Shown: piece after piece, positions 27,778 through 37,730 of the stretch
Layout of the letters: the number at the start of each line of letters is the position of its first letter
How positions within the stretch are numbered: the stretch's first letter is position 1
DNA from: Bifidobacterium breve
Lineage (GTDB): Bacteria; Actinomycetota; Acidimicrobiia; IMCC26256
Direction of reading: 5' to 3'
DNA: 38,792 nt
Assembly: GCA_945907055.1 (NCBI GenBank)
Contig: CAMDSG010000001.1
Span: forward strand, 1-38,792
Notes under the pieces: model-generated
The model's database searches: none
Told to the model about the DNA's origin: nothing
What the model saw: the letters and a program-made list of their open reading frames with translations, nothing else
Position numbers and translations under genes: made by a program

Positions 27778-28581
27778 TCAAGCGGGGGGAGCGCCGTGGC
27801 GAGGTTGACGCGCTGGGCCATTCTCAACGCGAGAGAGCCGTCGCCATAGGAGCTCCGGGGTAAGGCGCCGAGTCCTCACCGCTTGACGTGTTTTAGGGCC
27901 AGGGAATGCGAATAGTTCTCCACGCTCGAGGGCTGCCTCCGCGGAGTCAAGAACCTCTCTGGCCTCAATACCTGGGAGCCCTTCAAGTGCTCTCGGGTCG
28001 GCTTCGTTGATCCCGATGAGCATCGGCGTATCCACAGGCGGCGGGCAGACAACGACCGTACGCAGCCCAGTACCGAGAAGTTCATGCGATAGCACCTCAC
28101 CGAATGCAACCACCGCAAACTTGGATGCTCCATATGCCCCCATGCGATATGACGGAACCCACCCAGCCAAAGATGCGATCAAGACGATGTCTCCGCGACT
28201 TCTCTCAATCATTCCATCAAGCACTGCCTTAACCATCCGAACGCTGCCGCCGTAGTTCACATCCATGACGCGAGAAATGTCCTCTATTGCCTGGTCTTGA
28301 AGCAGCCCCGGGAGGCATATACCTGCGGCACTAACGAGTCGGTCAATTCCCCCGTGCTCTCCGGTAATGCGCTCTACAACATCATCTACTGCGCCCTGAT
28401 CAGTTACATCAGCGGCATACGCACGTACATTCGGCGAGTGCTCTAGAGCTGGCGCCAAGCCTTCAAGGGTGAGATCAACAGCAGCGACGAGAGCTCCCTG
28501 AGCCGCCAAACGCTTGGCGGCCAACAACCCAATACCGCTTGCAGCCCCTGTAACTAGCGCTACGCGACCTCGGAATGTCAC
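27778..28581 (-). CDS. Short-chain dehydrogenase/reductase (SDR)
   Basis: TGAASGIG, AAGI, ASLAG, YGASK catalytic motif. Confidence 0.92.
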   Translation of the reverse strand: MTFRGRVALVTGAASGIGLLAAKRLAAQGALVAAVDLTLEGLAPALEHSPNVRAYAADVTDQGAVDDVVERITGEHGGIDRLVSAAGICLPGLLQDQAIEDISRVMDVNYGGSVRMVKAVLDGMIERSRGDIVLIASLAGWVPSYRMGAYGASKFAVVAFGEVLSHELLGTGLRTVVVCPPPVDTPMLIGINEADPRALEGLPGIEAREVLDSAEAALERGELFAFPGPKTRQAVRTRRLTPELLWRRLSRVENGPARQPRHGAPPA

Positions 28582-29348
28582 TTACTTGCTCCCACGATTG
28601 ACTCTGGCGCTTCAGTGGTAATTGGTGGCTCCAGATCGATAATCTCAGCATCTCCGAATGTCATACGCACCCTGCGCATTGATCCGCTCATAAGTGCTCT
28701 GCGAGGGAATCCAAGTACACGCAGTTCATCTGCGAATGCATTATCGCCTAGTTCGATCTTCACTCCCCCCGGCCGCCCGCGTGATCCTTCACCGTCAAGA
28801 CGCCACTCTGTTCGACGCAGCACTCCATCGCCGCATGAGTACGCGGCTAGAGATGTGTCTGGCAAGCGGGTTGGTACACCGTGCGCAATAGAGATCTTTA
28901 GTGCCAGTTCGCCATCGATCTTGAGTGTCCCGGTATCCCTATGGAGGCCTTCGTCAATCTCAATATCTGTAACAAACTTTGGGAAGCCCCAGATTCCTCT
29001 CCCAGCGGCGCAGGTAAACGGCTGGTTCACGGGCAACTGATGAATAAACGCACCGGTCTCGCCACTCTTCTTTGTCCCAGGTGCACTCCCAAGTGCGCTT
29101 ACTGGTGCTTTTACTATTACGGCGACAACTACTTCGTGATAGGGGCCTAAATCTCCATCCACATACCTAACGAATCCAAGACTCACTAGAGCGCGCTTGC
29201 CCATGATTGGGGAGGGCTCGAGACCGCTATACGAAATTAGGTCGCGAGCGCTCTCAAGTGGCACCGCGAATGTGGAGAACCAAGATCGCGCATCGCGAAT
29301 CTCAACTGGGGTAGAGACCTGACTTCCGAGGACTTCGTATGTAGCCAT
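28578..29348 (-). CDS. Acetoacetate decarboxylase-family protein
   Basis: YVDGDLGPYHE, IHQLPVNQPFTCAAGRGIWGFPK (Schiff-base Lys motif). Confidence 0.85.
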   Translation of the reverse strand: MATYEVLGSQVSTPVEIRDARSWFSTFAVPLESARDLISYSGLEPSPIMGKRALVSLGFVRYVDGDLGPYHEVVVAVIVKAPVSALGSAPGTKKSGETGAFIHQLPVNQPFTCAAGRGIWGFPKFVTDIEIDEGLHRDTGTLKIDGELALKISIAHGVPTRLPDTSLAAYSCGDGVLRRTEWRLDGEGSRGRPGGVKIELGDNAFADELRVLGFPRRALMSGSMRRVRMTFGDAEIIDLEPPITTEAPESIVGASK

Positions 29349-29391
29349 CTAGGGATTGGAGCACGCATGGACACCCTCGCGCCACCTGTGC

Positions 29392-30855
29392 TCAACCAGC
29401 CCGACCCCAGAGCGCACGAGCCACTCCAGGCTCGGCGGTGTGAAGATCGACGCCCTCAGATGCGGCGAGGGCCTCGGTAGCCAGAAAATGTGCTCGAAAA
29501 CGCTTGTTCCATGCTCGGAGAGCAGCCTCGGCATCGGCTCCGTCCGCACGCGATAAAGCGACCGCTGCGGCTAATAAATCGCCGATGATTGGATCATCGC
29601 CACCGCTTACCCCTTCACGAACCGCATCAACACTCGCATCCAACTCAGCGAGTGCTCCAGCACGCCCCTCGGGGAGCAGCCCAAGTGTCTCTGCCTTGCG
29701 AAAAAGTTTCAGCGCGTAGAGGACACTGGGGAGCGATGCACTGATCCCCTCAATTATCGAGGATGTGCCCTTCTCCTCCTTTTTAATCATCTCCCAATTC
29801 GCAAGGACCTCATCTGAGGTATTCGCCTCAACCTCACCAAAGACATGAGGATGGCGCCTAATTAATTTGTCCTGTATGCCTCGCGAGACATCCGCCATTG
29901 TGAAGGCCCCTGCCTCCTCAGCGAGAATTGAGTGAAACACAACTTGGTAGAGAACATCGCCAAGTTCGTCGGCGAGTAGCGCATAAGCATCGAGATCGGC
30001 CTCGCCTCCTGGAGCATCAATCGATAGGCCCTCAATAGTCTCCACTGTCTCGTAGGCCTCTTCTAATAAATAACGCGAGAGGGAACGATGAGTCTGCTCT
30101 GCGTCCCAAGGGCAACCTCCAGGAGCACGCAGTCGCTCAGCGATCGAGAACAGGCTTGCGAACTCTCCTGCTACCAATCCTTCACCGGTATCTACGTAGA
30201 TTGAAGTTAGGTGATCTGGTTCTACTCGCCGATCAAGGTCTTCGAGAGCGAGGGAGAAAACCTCTTCGCTCGGAAGGCCTAGACGCTGGAGAACAAGCAC
30301 TTCAGACTCCGGAGGGAGCACCTCAAGCAATGCAAGCTTTACGTCTGAGAGTACAAACTTAGAGTCGCACTGCGCTATCAGCAATGCTCCGCTTCGCCCT
30401 GCGGCAGATACGACGAAGCTTCTTCCGTCTATAACTCGCGCACCGTTTGCCATTGGATCCACCCCAATGCGAGCCCAAGCAATATCTACGAACGAGAGCC
30501 CTGGCACTATCTCAAGCTCTATCTCTCCGGCATTTGCAAGCACGCGCAGCATCCCTACAGCACGCTCTGCAACCCCAGGATTCCCGGGAACTGCATACAC
30601 GACACTCCCTGAAAAAACTGCTGCCTCAACAACGCGCCGCACAATCTCCGCGTACGCAGCATCAAGATCGGGAGCGGTTTCATAGACCTCATCGAGCGAG
30701 AGCATCTCTATCCCTGCATCTCGCAGTTCTTGGACCGCAGGGTGGCGCTCAGTGCGCACGAGGACAGGCGCACCTCTTAGTGCTACTAATGCTCGCGGCA
30801 TCACTAGGTCGGCGCCTCCCGGGCCTAGCCCGACGACAACGACTTTGGGGATCAC
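29392..30855 (-). CDS. mazG: Tetrapyrrole methylase-like/MazG nucleoside triphosphate pyrophosphohydrolase fusion (YabN type)
   Basis: VVGLGPG, YAVPGNP, VPGLSF N-domain; GCPWDAEQTH, EEAYE, DELGD, KLIRRHPHVFG MazG domain. Confidence 0.92.
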   Translation of the reverse strand: MIPKVVVVGLGPGGADLVMPRALVALRGAPVLVRTERHPAVQELRDAGIEMLSLDEVYETAPDLDAAYAEIVRRVVEAAVFSGSVVYAVPGNPGVAERAVGMLRVLANAGEIELEIVPGLSFVDIAWARIGVDPMANGARVIDGRSFVVSAAGRSGALLIAQCDSKFVLSDVKLALLEVLPPESEVLVLQRLGLPSEEVFSLALEDLDRRVEPDHLTSIYVDTGEGLVAGEFASLFSIAERLRAPGGCPWDAEQTHRSLSRYLLEEAYETVETIEGLSIDAPGGEADLDAYALLADELGDVLYQVVFHSILAEEAGAFTMADVSRGIQDKLIRRHPHVFGEVEANTSDEVLANWEMIKKEEKGTSSIIEGISASLPSVLYALKLFRKAETLGLLPEGRAGALAELDASVDAVREGVSGGDDPIIGDLLAAAVALSRADGADAEAALRAWNKRFRAHFLATEALAASEGVDLHTAEPGVARALWGRAG

Positions 30856-31886
30856 GGCGTTGAGTTACCAGTAGCGCCCGTGATGCCTTGTGAACCAGAG
30901 TTTTTTGCCGGCAGCTCGCGCACTTTGGGGGCCGGCTTAGAAGAAACGGCATAACCGTTCTCGCCATTCGCCCAGACTCCATATGAGGAGTCAATCTTGA
31001 CTACGGCCTTCGCTAGCTTCTTCTGGAACCATGTATTAAAGGTTGATTGAGCGATTTGCGAGTAAGCCTGCTGCACTTGATCAGTCAGCAACGCGTAGCT
31101 TGCCGGGAGAACTCGGATCACATGCCAGCCATACTGCGACTGCACTGGATTCGAGGTCTCTCCGGGAGCAAGTGCATCTGCTGCATTCTGAAACTCTGGA
31201 ACAAAACTCCCTGCGGCTAGACAGCCGAGGCTTCCTCCAGCCGGCGCCGAACCTGTATCCGTCGACTGCGCCGTCGCAATCGCAGCAAAGTCGCCTCCGC
31301 CCTTGAGTGAGTTCTCGACAGCAACCGCCTCAGGCTGGGTAGCGACGAGAACATGTAGGACAACTTTTTGACTTGGGCAGATGCGGTCGGCATTACGTGC
31401 GTAGAAAGCCTCTACGGTTGCTTCGCTCGGCGAGCGCTCCCCGACGATGTTGGCCTGAAGGCCGCGAGTAAGCGCAGTTGCTTTCACAATCTTTGATCGA
31501 AAACTCTTGGGGAAGGCGCTCCACCCGGCGGTGCTCTGCGCAAACTCTGCCTCGACGGAACTTAGATCCTGATCGGTCAAATTAATCTTCTTCTCTTTGG
31601 CCGCCTGGCTAAGAACTAGTTGATAGACAACATTCGTCAACCAGTCGTTCGAGATCTGTGTGCTAATCGTGCCGGCGCTGCTGGTAGCCCCCGCTGCCTT
31701 TCTCACGGTGTCATAAAAAACCTTGTTGTCTCGCTGTGCCTTTAGGTCGGCTTTGAAGGCTGCCTGCGTATATACCTCTCCGTTTACCTTTGCGGCATAT
31801 CCATCAAGCGCACCACATGCGCTAGCGATAACTGCAAAAAGAGAGACGAGTAAGAGCGAGATGAGTTTGAGCGATCGATTCTTCAT
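30852..31886 (-). CDS. PrsA/SurA-like parvulin peptidyl-prolyl isomerase lipoprotein
   Basis: Lipobox IASAC, AAKVNG, HVLV, STDTGS..GGSLG, FVPEF, PVQSQYGWHVI. Confidence 0.9.
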   Translation of the reverse strand: MKNRSLKLISLLLVSLFAVIASACGALDGYAAKVNGEVYTQAAFKADLKAQRDNKVFYDTVRKAAGATSSAGTISTQISNDWLTNVVYQLVLSQAAKEKKINLTDQDLSSVEAEFAQSTAGWSAFPKSFRSKIVKATALTRGLQANIVGERSPSEATVEAFYARNADRICPSQKVVLHVLVATQPEAVAVENSLKGGGDFAAIATAQSTDTGSAPAGGSLGCLAAGSFVPEFQNAADALAPGETSNPVQSQYGWHVIRVLPASYALLTDQVQQAYSQIAQSTFNTWFQKKLAKAVVKIDSSYGVWANGENGYAVSSKPAPKVRELPAKNSGSQGITGATGNSTP

Positions 31887-31963
31887 GAGTTGGAGATGCT
31901 ACCGGCGGCCGAGGGGTTTAGTGGGTTCGGGAAAGACCCATGCTCCAAGAATGCTCGAATCTT

Positions 31964-34900
31964 TCAACTCTTTGGGGCAGCATCCTCGGGAGGAATTAAC
32001 TCCATTAGGAGCGCTGTTAACGCACCAACAACACGGTTCGGAGGCGCATCTAAGGGAATCACAACCTCCGAGTCCTTCACTATGGACTTCGGGGCAAGGC
32101 GTGTTAGGCGTACCTTGCGACTCTCAGGGAGCGAGAGCCCGACGAGTCTCGCTGTTGTACGCATAATGCTTACGTTGCTAATTCTCAGCCTCACGCACTC
32201 GGCGCGCAGTCGCGCTGCGTCGAGGAGCGCATCTGCTGCCGCAGGTGGCGGCCCATACCTATCTAGCCACTCGGCCTCAATGTCATCGACATCTTGAGGG
32301 CTCTCTACACCGGCAAGGCGGCGGTATGCCTCCATGCGCACATCATCACGCTCGACATAATCGCGGGGAAGATGCGCATCGGCAGGCAGGTCCAAAACCA
32401 CATCAAACGGCTGCTCAATGCGCTCACCCTTCAGTTCGCTAACTGCCTCGGTGACAAGTTCACAGTAGAGATCAAATCCGACTGCGGCAATATGCCCACT
32501 CTGCGCTCCACCGAGCATATTTCCAGCACCACGAATCTCTAGATCACGCATGGCCAGTTTGAACCCCGAACCAAGATCCGTAAACTCGCCGATCGCCTTC
32601 AACCGCTCGTATGCCTCCTCTGATAGTGCTTTATCTCGAGGGTGCAGGAGGTATGCGTATGCGCGGTGACCGCGTCGCCCGACTCTCCCGCGCAATTGAT
32701 AAAGCTGTGCGAGACCTAGTAGGTCCGCTCTATCGACCACAAGGGTATTCGCCATCGGAAGATCGAGGCCACTCTCGACAATCGTTGTGCAGACCAAGAC
32801 GTCTGACTTCCGATCCGCAAAATCAATGACCGTTCTCTCGAGCAAACCCTCATCCATCTGCCCATGAGCAATCACAACGCGCGCCTCTGGCACTAGCTCA
32901 CGAATTTGCTCCGCTACGTGGTCAATATCCTGCACGCGGTTATGTACGTAGAAGACCTGCCCCTCTCGCAGGAGCTCGCGTCGAATCGCCTCAGAGACAG
33001 CCCGCTCGTCGTACTCACCTACATAGGTGAGAATCGGTTGACGCTCCTCTGGTGGCGTCTGCACCAATGAGAGGTCTCGGATTCCAGTGAGGCTCATCTC
33101 TAACGTGCGTGGGATCGGAGTCGCCGAGAGAGTAAGAACATCAACATGGGCACGTAGGTGTTTGATCTTCTCTTTATGCTCAACGCCGAATCGCTGCTCC
33201 TCATCAATAATTAGAAGCCCTAGGTCCTTGAATGCAAGATCCTCGGAGAGAAGGCGATGGGTACCGATGACGATATCGACCTGCCCTGTAGTCACTCCCT
33301 CAACAACGACGTTCTGCTCCTTCGTCGTTAGGAAACGAGAGAGCACCTCGACACGCACTGGAAATCCGGAGAAGCGTTCACGAAAAGTCTCACCATGTTG
33401 ATTCGCAAGCAGCGTTGTCGGGACCAATACCCCAACCTGCTTACCTTCCTGCACCGCTTTAAAGGCTGCGCGGATAGCGATCTCAGTCTTGCCGTAACCA
33501 ACATCGCCACAGACAAGTCGGTCCATCGGAGTCGAGCGCTCCATATCTTCTTTAACCTCGATGATGGCCTGCATCTGGTCCGGAGTCTCTTCGTATGGGA
33601 AGGCATCCTCCATCTCGCGCTGCCACGGCGTGTCAGGCCCAAACGCATGCCCTGGTGTAGCCAGGCGGGTTCGGTAAAGCGTCACGAGTTCAGCAGCGAT
33701 TGCGGCTACTGCGTTACGAACTTTGCTCCGAGTTTTCTGCCACTCGGCGCCACCCATTCGAGAGAGGGATGGGCTATCGCCACCGGTATATCTACGCACT
33801 GTTGAGATCTGATCAGTCGGGACATATAAGCGATCACTACCTCGATAAGCAAGCATGAGGTAGTCGCGCTCCACTCCACCAATGGAGCGCTTCCCCATGC
33901 CCTCAAAACGCCCAACGCCATGCACCTGATGCACTACATAATCGCCGACCTTTAGATCGTCGTAGTAATCAGCGGAGCGGCGAGCACCTCTAGCTTTGCG
34001 GTGGACGCGTCTCCTCCCAGATAGATCCGCCTCTGCAATTAGCGCAATGCCCGAGGCTACCGAGACAACACCTCGCTCTATCGGCGCGACAACAACACTC
34101 ACTGCACCCGCCGTGAAGAGAGGGATTTCCAAGTAAGGAGCATCGATGTTCTCATTAGTGAGCACCTCAGATAGGCGTCGCGCGCTCGCTGGGCCCTCAG
34201 CCGCAACAACAACGCGCACGCAAGAGGTGCGAAGCTGGCGGACCCGGTCTGCCAGAGCCTCAGCGTCACCGACTACCGGATCAAAAGCAGAGGCTGCAAA
34301 ATGTGGAGTCTCAGGGCGGTCTGGGCTTCCGAGAATATTTGTGACCATCGCGTTACTGCTACTCAGTAGCCGGTCGAAGTTCAGGGTAAGGCGCGCGAGC
34401 GCATCGGGCTCTGCACCCCATGTCCCTGCAAGCACCCCGGCAAGGGCATCCTCGTCGGCTAACAGATCACCTGCTCGATCACGGAGTCTTCGAGGCTCAA
34501 GCAAAAGCACCTGCGAGCGAGCGGGCAATAGGTCGGTAAGCAGATGCTCATCCCCCGATAGCCAAGGCAACCACGACTCCATCCCGTCGAAGGTTTGACC
34601 CTCAGAGAGTCGCTCCCACTGCTCGCGACCCCATGGTGCTTCACTAATAAGAAGTCGTGCGCGTTCTCTGACCTCGGGGGTAGGTAGCAACTCTCTTGCG
34701 GGGAAGATCGTGACCGTCTCTAGGTCGCGCGTTGAGCGCTGATCTGTAACAGAGAATCCAGATAGGCGCTCAACCTCATCACCCCAGAGATCAATGCGAA
34801 CCGGATGATCAGCGGTTGATGGATAAACATCAACAATTGACCCGCGGACTGCGACCTCGCCGCGCGCCTCTACCTGATACTCGCGTCGATAACCAGCTTC

Positions 34901-35374
34901 TACAAGCCTCTGAACAAGGGCATCGCGATCTACATGTTCTCCAGCGCTCAAGATGATGGGCTCTACATCCTCTACGTGAGGACCCAGCCTCTGCACGAGA
35001 GCGCGCACCGGAGCAACGATTACAGAGAGCGTTGTATCGTCAGTGCGTAGGCGCCACATAACACGAAGCCTTCGCCCCATCGTCTCAAGATTCGGCGAGA
35101 CCCTCTCGAATGGCAGCGTCTCCCATGCTGGGAACAACTCAACCGCCTCAGCACCGAGCAACGGAATTAGGTCACCCGCTATGCGCTCGGCCTCAGCGGC
35201 GGTAGGCGCTGCAACTAGGAGAGGGCGCCTACCCGTCAGCCGATTCAATGCAGCGATGAAGAGTGGGCGCGCTACATCCGGGACGGAGACCAACTCCGCC
35301 ACAGCCGCAGCGGCAATAACTGCGGGGTCTTCAAATAGGAGCGCTGGGAGAGCGTGTAGAGGAGGCGTCGGCAC
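31964..35374 (-). CDS. mfd: Transcription-repair coupling factor Mfd
   Basis: FPAWETLPFE, CarD-like VVHQVHGVG, CGDVGYGKTE, DEEQRFG, SATPIPRT, QLRGRVGR, DLEIRGAG. Confidence 0.99.
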   Translation of the reverse strand: MPTPPLHALPALLFEDPAVIAAAAVAELVSVPDVARPLFIAALNRLTGRRPLLVAAPTAAEAERIAGDLIPLLGAEAVELFPAWETLPFERVSPNLETMGRRLRVMWRLRTDDTTLSVIVAPVRALVQRLGPHVEDVEPIILSAGEHVDRDALVQRLVEAGYRREYQVEARGEVAVRGSIVDVYPSTADHPVRIDLWGDEVERLSGFSVTDQRSTRDLETVTIFPARELLPTPEVRERARLLISEAPWGREQWERLSEGQTFDGMESWLPWLSGDEHLLTDLLPARSQVLLLEPRRLRDRAGDLLADEDALAGVLAGTWGAEPDALARLTLNFDRLLSSSNAMVTNILGSPDRPETPHFAASAFDPVVGDAEALADRVRQLRTSCVRVVVAAEGPASARRLSEVLTNENIDAPYLEIPLFTAGAVSVVVAPIERGVVSVASGIALIAEADLSGRRRVHRKARGARRSADYYDDLKVGDYVVHQVHGVGRFEGMGKRSIGGVERDYLMLAYRGSDRLYVPTDQISTVRRYTGGDSPSLSRMGGAEWQKTRSKVRNAVAAIAAELVTLYRTRLATPGHAFGPDTPWQREMEDAFPYEETPDQMQAIIEVKEDMERSTPMDRLVCGDVGYGKTEIAIRAAFKAVQEGKQVGVLVPTTLLANQHGETFRERFSGFPVRVEVLSRFLTTKEQNVVVEGVTTGQVDIVIGTHRLLSEDLAFKDLGLLIIDEEQRFGVEHKEKIKHLRAHVDVLTLSATPIPRTLEMSLTGIRDLSLVQTPPEERQPILTYVGEYDERAVSEAIRRELLREGQVFYVHNRVQDIDHVAEQIRELVPEARVVIAHGQMDEGLLERTVIDFADRKSDVLVCTTIVESGLDLPMANTLVVDRADLLGLAQLYQLRGRVGRRGHRAYAYLLHPRDKALSEEAYERLKAIGEFTDLGSGFKLAMRDLEIRGAGNMLGGAQSGHIAAVGFDLYCELVTEAVSELKGERIEQPFDVVLDLPADAHLPRDYVERDDVRMEAYRRLAGVESPQDVDDIEAEWLDRYGPPPAAADALLDAARLRAECVRLRISNVSIMRTTARLVGLSLPESRKVRLTRLAPKSIVKDSEVVIPLDAPPNRVVGALTALLMELIPPEDAAPKS

Positions 35375-35382
35375 GAGCGGTC

Positions 35383-35985
35383 TTAGTTGAATCGGTTCAT
35401 CGCGGCCTCGACACCATCTGAGACAATTGCCTCAACAGCATCCGCAGCGAGTTCAAGGGTCACGTCAATTTCTTTGCGGTCGCGTTTGGAGAAGCGATCC
35501 AAGACGTGGTCTGCACCCTGAGCGCTACTAGTTGGCTTACCAACTCCGATGCGCACCCGGAGGAAGGCATCAGAGTGCAGATGCGACTTAATGGAGCGCA
35601 GCCCATTGTGCCCAGCGAGGCCACCACCCTCTTTGATGCGCAGCGCCGCCACCGGAAGATCGAGCTCGTCGTGAAGGATGATTATTTGCTCTGTAGTCAC
35701 GCCGTAGCGGTGAGCCAGGAGGCGAACAGCATCTCCGGAGTCGTTCATGTACGTCTGTGGAATTGCCATCGCTACTCTCAAGTCGCCAACACGAACTTCG
35801 TCTACGAAGGCACGCTCTTTACCTTTGCGCAATTTCGCAGAGTGACGCTTGGCGAGAATCTCAATAACATCTGTGCCTACGTTGTGGCGCGTACGAGCAT
35901 ATTCATCGCCTGGATTTCCTAGACCAACTACCAAGTAGTCGGCGGGGGTACCCCTCCGCGCCGCATCAGGAGAGCGCCGCGGCAT
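35383..35985 (-). CDS. pth: Peptidyl-tRNA hydrolase
   Basis: VGLGNPG, TRHNVG, TYMNDSG, HDELDL, GHNGLRSI, AMNRFN. Confidence 0.98.
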   Translation of the reverse strand: MPRRSPDAARRGTPADYLVVGLGNPGDEYARTRHNVGTDVIEILAKRHSAKLRKGKERAFVDEVRVGDLRVAMAIPQTYMNDSGDAVRLLAHRYGVTTEQIIILHDELDLPVAALRIKEGGGLAGHNGLRSIKSHLHSDAFLRVRIGVGKPTSSAQGADHVLDRFSKRDRKEIDVTLELAADAVEAIVSDGVEAAMNRFN

Positions 35986-35988
35986 TGA

Positions 35989-36609
35989 CTAGGCCTCGGC
36001 GGACTCTGCGCCCTCGGCACCCTCTGCACCCTCGGCACCCTCGCCATCAGTCAAACCACGAGGAACCGCTACCTGGACAACAAGTGCGTCACCGGGGAGC
36101 GATATCACGACGCCCTCACTGACTGGAATGTCGGCGACGTGAATCTGGTCACCTAGCTCAAGGCCAGAGATGTCGATGTCAATTGACGAAGGAATCTTGT
36201 CGGGCTTTGCGGAGACAGTAACTGTGAAGAGCTGCTGCTCAAGTTTTCCGCCCTGCTTGGTTCCCGGCGCTTCGCCGACCAAGTGCAGAGGCACCTCAGC
36301 AGATACCGCGGTATCACGACGGACGCGAATGAAGTCAACATGCTGAAGGATGCCTCGCGTTGCGTGGCGCTGAATCTGACGAGCAAGCGCAAGAACCTCT
36401 TCGCCCTCAACACTCAGGGAGATGAGGCTGTTGACTCCAGTATCCGAGTGGAGAATGCGATCGAGTTCGCGAGCCGAGACGGAGATGGTCACCGTATCCG
36501 CACCGAGCCCATAGATAACTGCAGGTACATCACCTACATTGCGCATGCGGCCGGCCGGGCCGGAGCCGCGTGAGGTTCGATTTGTTGCGAGAAGAGTTGC
36601 GTCAGTCAT
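35989..36609 (-). CDS. rplY: 50S ribosomal protein L25 (long Ctc form)
   Basis: VPAVIYG, HVDF, VPLHLVGE, G..GG, acidic (GAE)n tail; prs-rplY-pth synteny. Confidence 0.96.
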   Translation of the reverse strand: MTDATLLATNRTSRGSGPAGRMRNVGDVPAVIYGLGADTVTISVSARELDRILHSDTGVNSLISLSVEGEEVLALARQIQRHATRGILQHVDFIRVRRDTAVSAEVPLHLVGEAPGTKQGGKLEQQLFTVTVSAKPDKIPSSIDIDISGLELGDQIHVADIPVSEGVVISLPGDALVVQVAVPRGLTDGEGAEGAEGAEGAESAEA

Positions 36610-36703
36610 GGCGCTATGCGTCCTTAAAGTGTTTGTGGGGTGCCTATTGTGGCCCGCCGAGTAGGCGTTCAGCCAAACGGAGAGGATTTAGCCCATAAAT
36701 TCG

Positions 36704-36727
36704 GGCTTCGCAAGGCTACCCGAAGCC
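36704..36727 (-). terminator. Hairpin downstream of prs (candidate terminator or processing site)
   Basis: GGCTTCG-N10-CGAAGCC inverted repeat 12 nt after the prs stop. Confidence 0.4.
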
Positions 36728-36739
36728 GGGCTCAGCGTG

Positions 36740-37729
36740 TTAAACGTTGTCTCCGCGGAAGAGTTCGCTCACCGAGGTGTCCTCAAATACAGCATCTAGG
36801 GCATCGGCGATGATCGTGGCGATCGAGAGAACCGTCAGTCGGTCGAAGCGCTTCTCCTCGGGGATCGGGATTGTATTCGTCACAACTACCTCCTCAACCG
36901 GGGCCGCCTTGAGCCTCTCAATCGCTGGCCCAGAGAGGAGACCATGGGTAGCAAGAACACGCACAGATGCAGCGCCACGCTCTTTTAGGAGTCCAGCAGC
37001 CGCGGCCACGGTACCTGCAGTATCGATCATGTCGTCGACAAGCACACAGTGGCGCCCAGCAACCTCACCGACAACCTCATTGGCGACAGCGATGTTGTGG
37101 GTCCCCTTTGGGCGTCGCTTGTCAATAAACGCAAGCTCAGCTGCAATGTCGTACTCAGCAAGGTAGTTGGAGAAGCGGCGAACCAACTTTCCTCCGCCAG
37201 CGTCTGGAGATACGACAGTTACCTCCTCGCCGGGGGTAATTCCCTTTGCAAAATACTCAGCAAGAAGTGGTACCGCTGTTAGGTGATCAACCGGCATATC
37301 GAAGAAGCCTTGAATCTGACCTGTGTGGAGGTCAACGGATACGACGCGGTCTGCTCCAGCAACAGTGATGAGATCAGCAATCAATCGAGCGGTAATTGGT
37401 TCGCGCCCCTCGGCCTTGCGATCCTGACGCGCATAACCATAGAAGGGAGTCACCGCTGTAATGCGTTTTGCCGATGCACGCTTTGCGGCATCGATCATGA
37501 TCAGCATCTCCATGACGCGCTCATTGATTGGCTCGCAGTGGCTCTGAATAATAAAGACATCTGAGCCTCTAATGCTCTCCCCATAGCGGCAGTAGATCTC
37601 GCCGTTAGCGAATGTCGAGAGGACCACCTCTCCTAGCGGAACATCGAGCGCAGCCGATATTTCATTGCTGAGCTCAGCATTGCCTCGCCCTGCAAAGAGT
37701 TGAAGCCGTTTAGTAGGTACGAGTTCCAT
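36740..37729 (-). CDS. prs: Ribose-phosphate pyrophosphokinase
   Basis: FANGE, FYGYARQDRK, DLHTGQIQGFF, VSPDAGG, DDMIDTAGT; start at MELVPTK (ATG 37729). Confidence 0.98.
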   Translation of the reverse strand: MELVPTKRLQLFAGRGNAELSNEISAALDVPLGEVVLSTFANGEIYCRYGESIRGSDVFIIQSHCEPINERVMEMLIMIDAAKRASAKRITAVTPFYGYARQDRKAEGREPITARLIADLITVAGADRVVSVDLHTGQIQGFFDMPVDHLTAVPLLAEYFAKGITPGEEVTVVSPDAGGGKLVRRFSNYLAEYDIAAELAFIDKRRPKGTHNIAVANEVVGEVAGRHCVLVDDMIDTAGTVAAAAGLLKERGAASVRVLATHGLLSGPAIERLKAAPVEEVVVTNTIPIPEEKRFDRLTVLSIATIIADALDAVFEDTSVSELFRGDNV

Positions 37730-37730
37730 T

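Noticed and set aside
35992-36045. (GAE)n repeat in L25 as a novelty
   Set aside because: Acidic low-complexity tails are usual in long L25/Ctc proteins.
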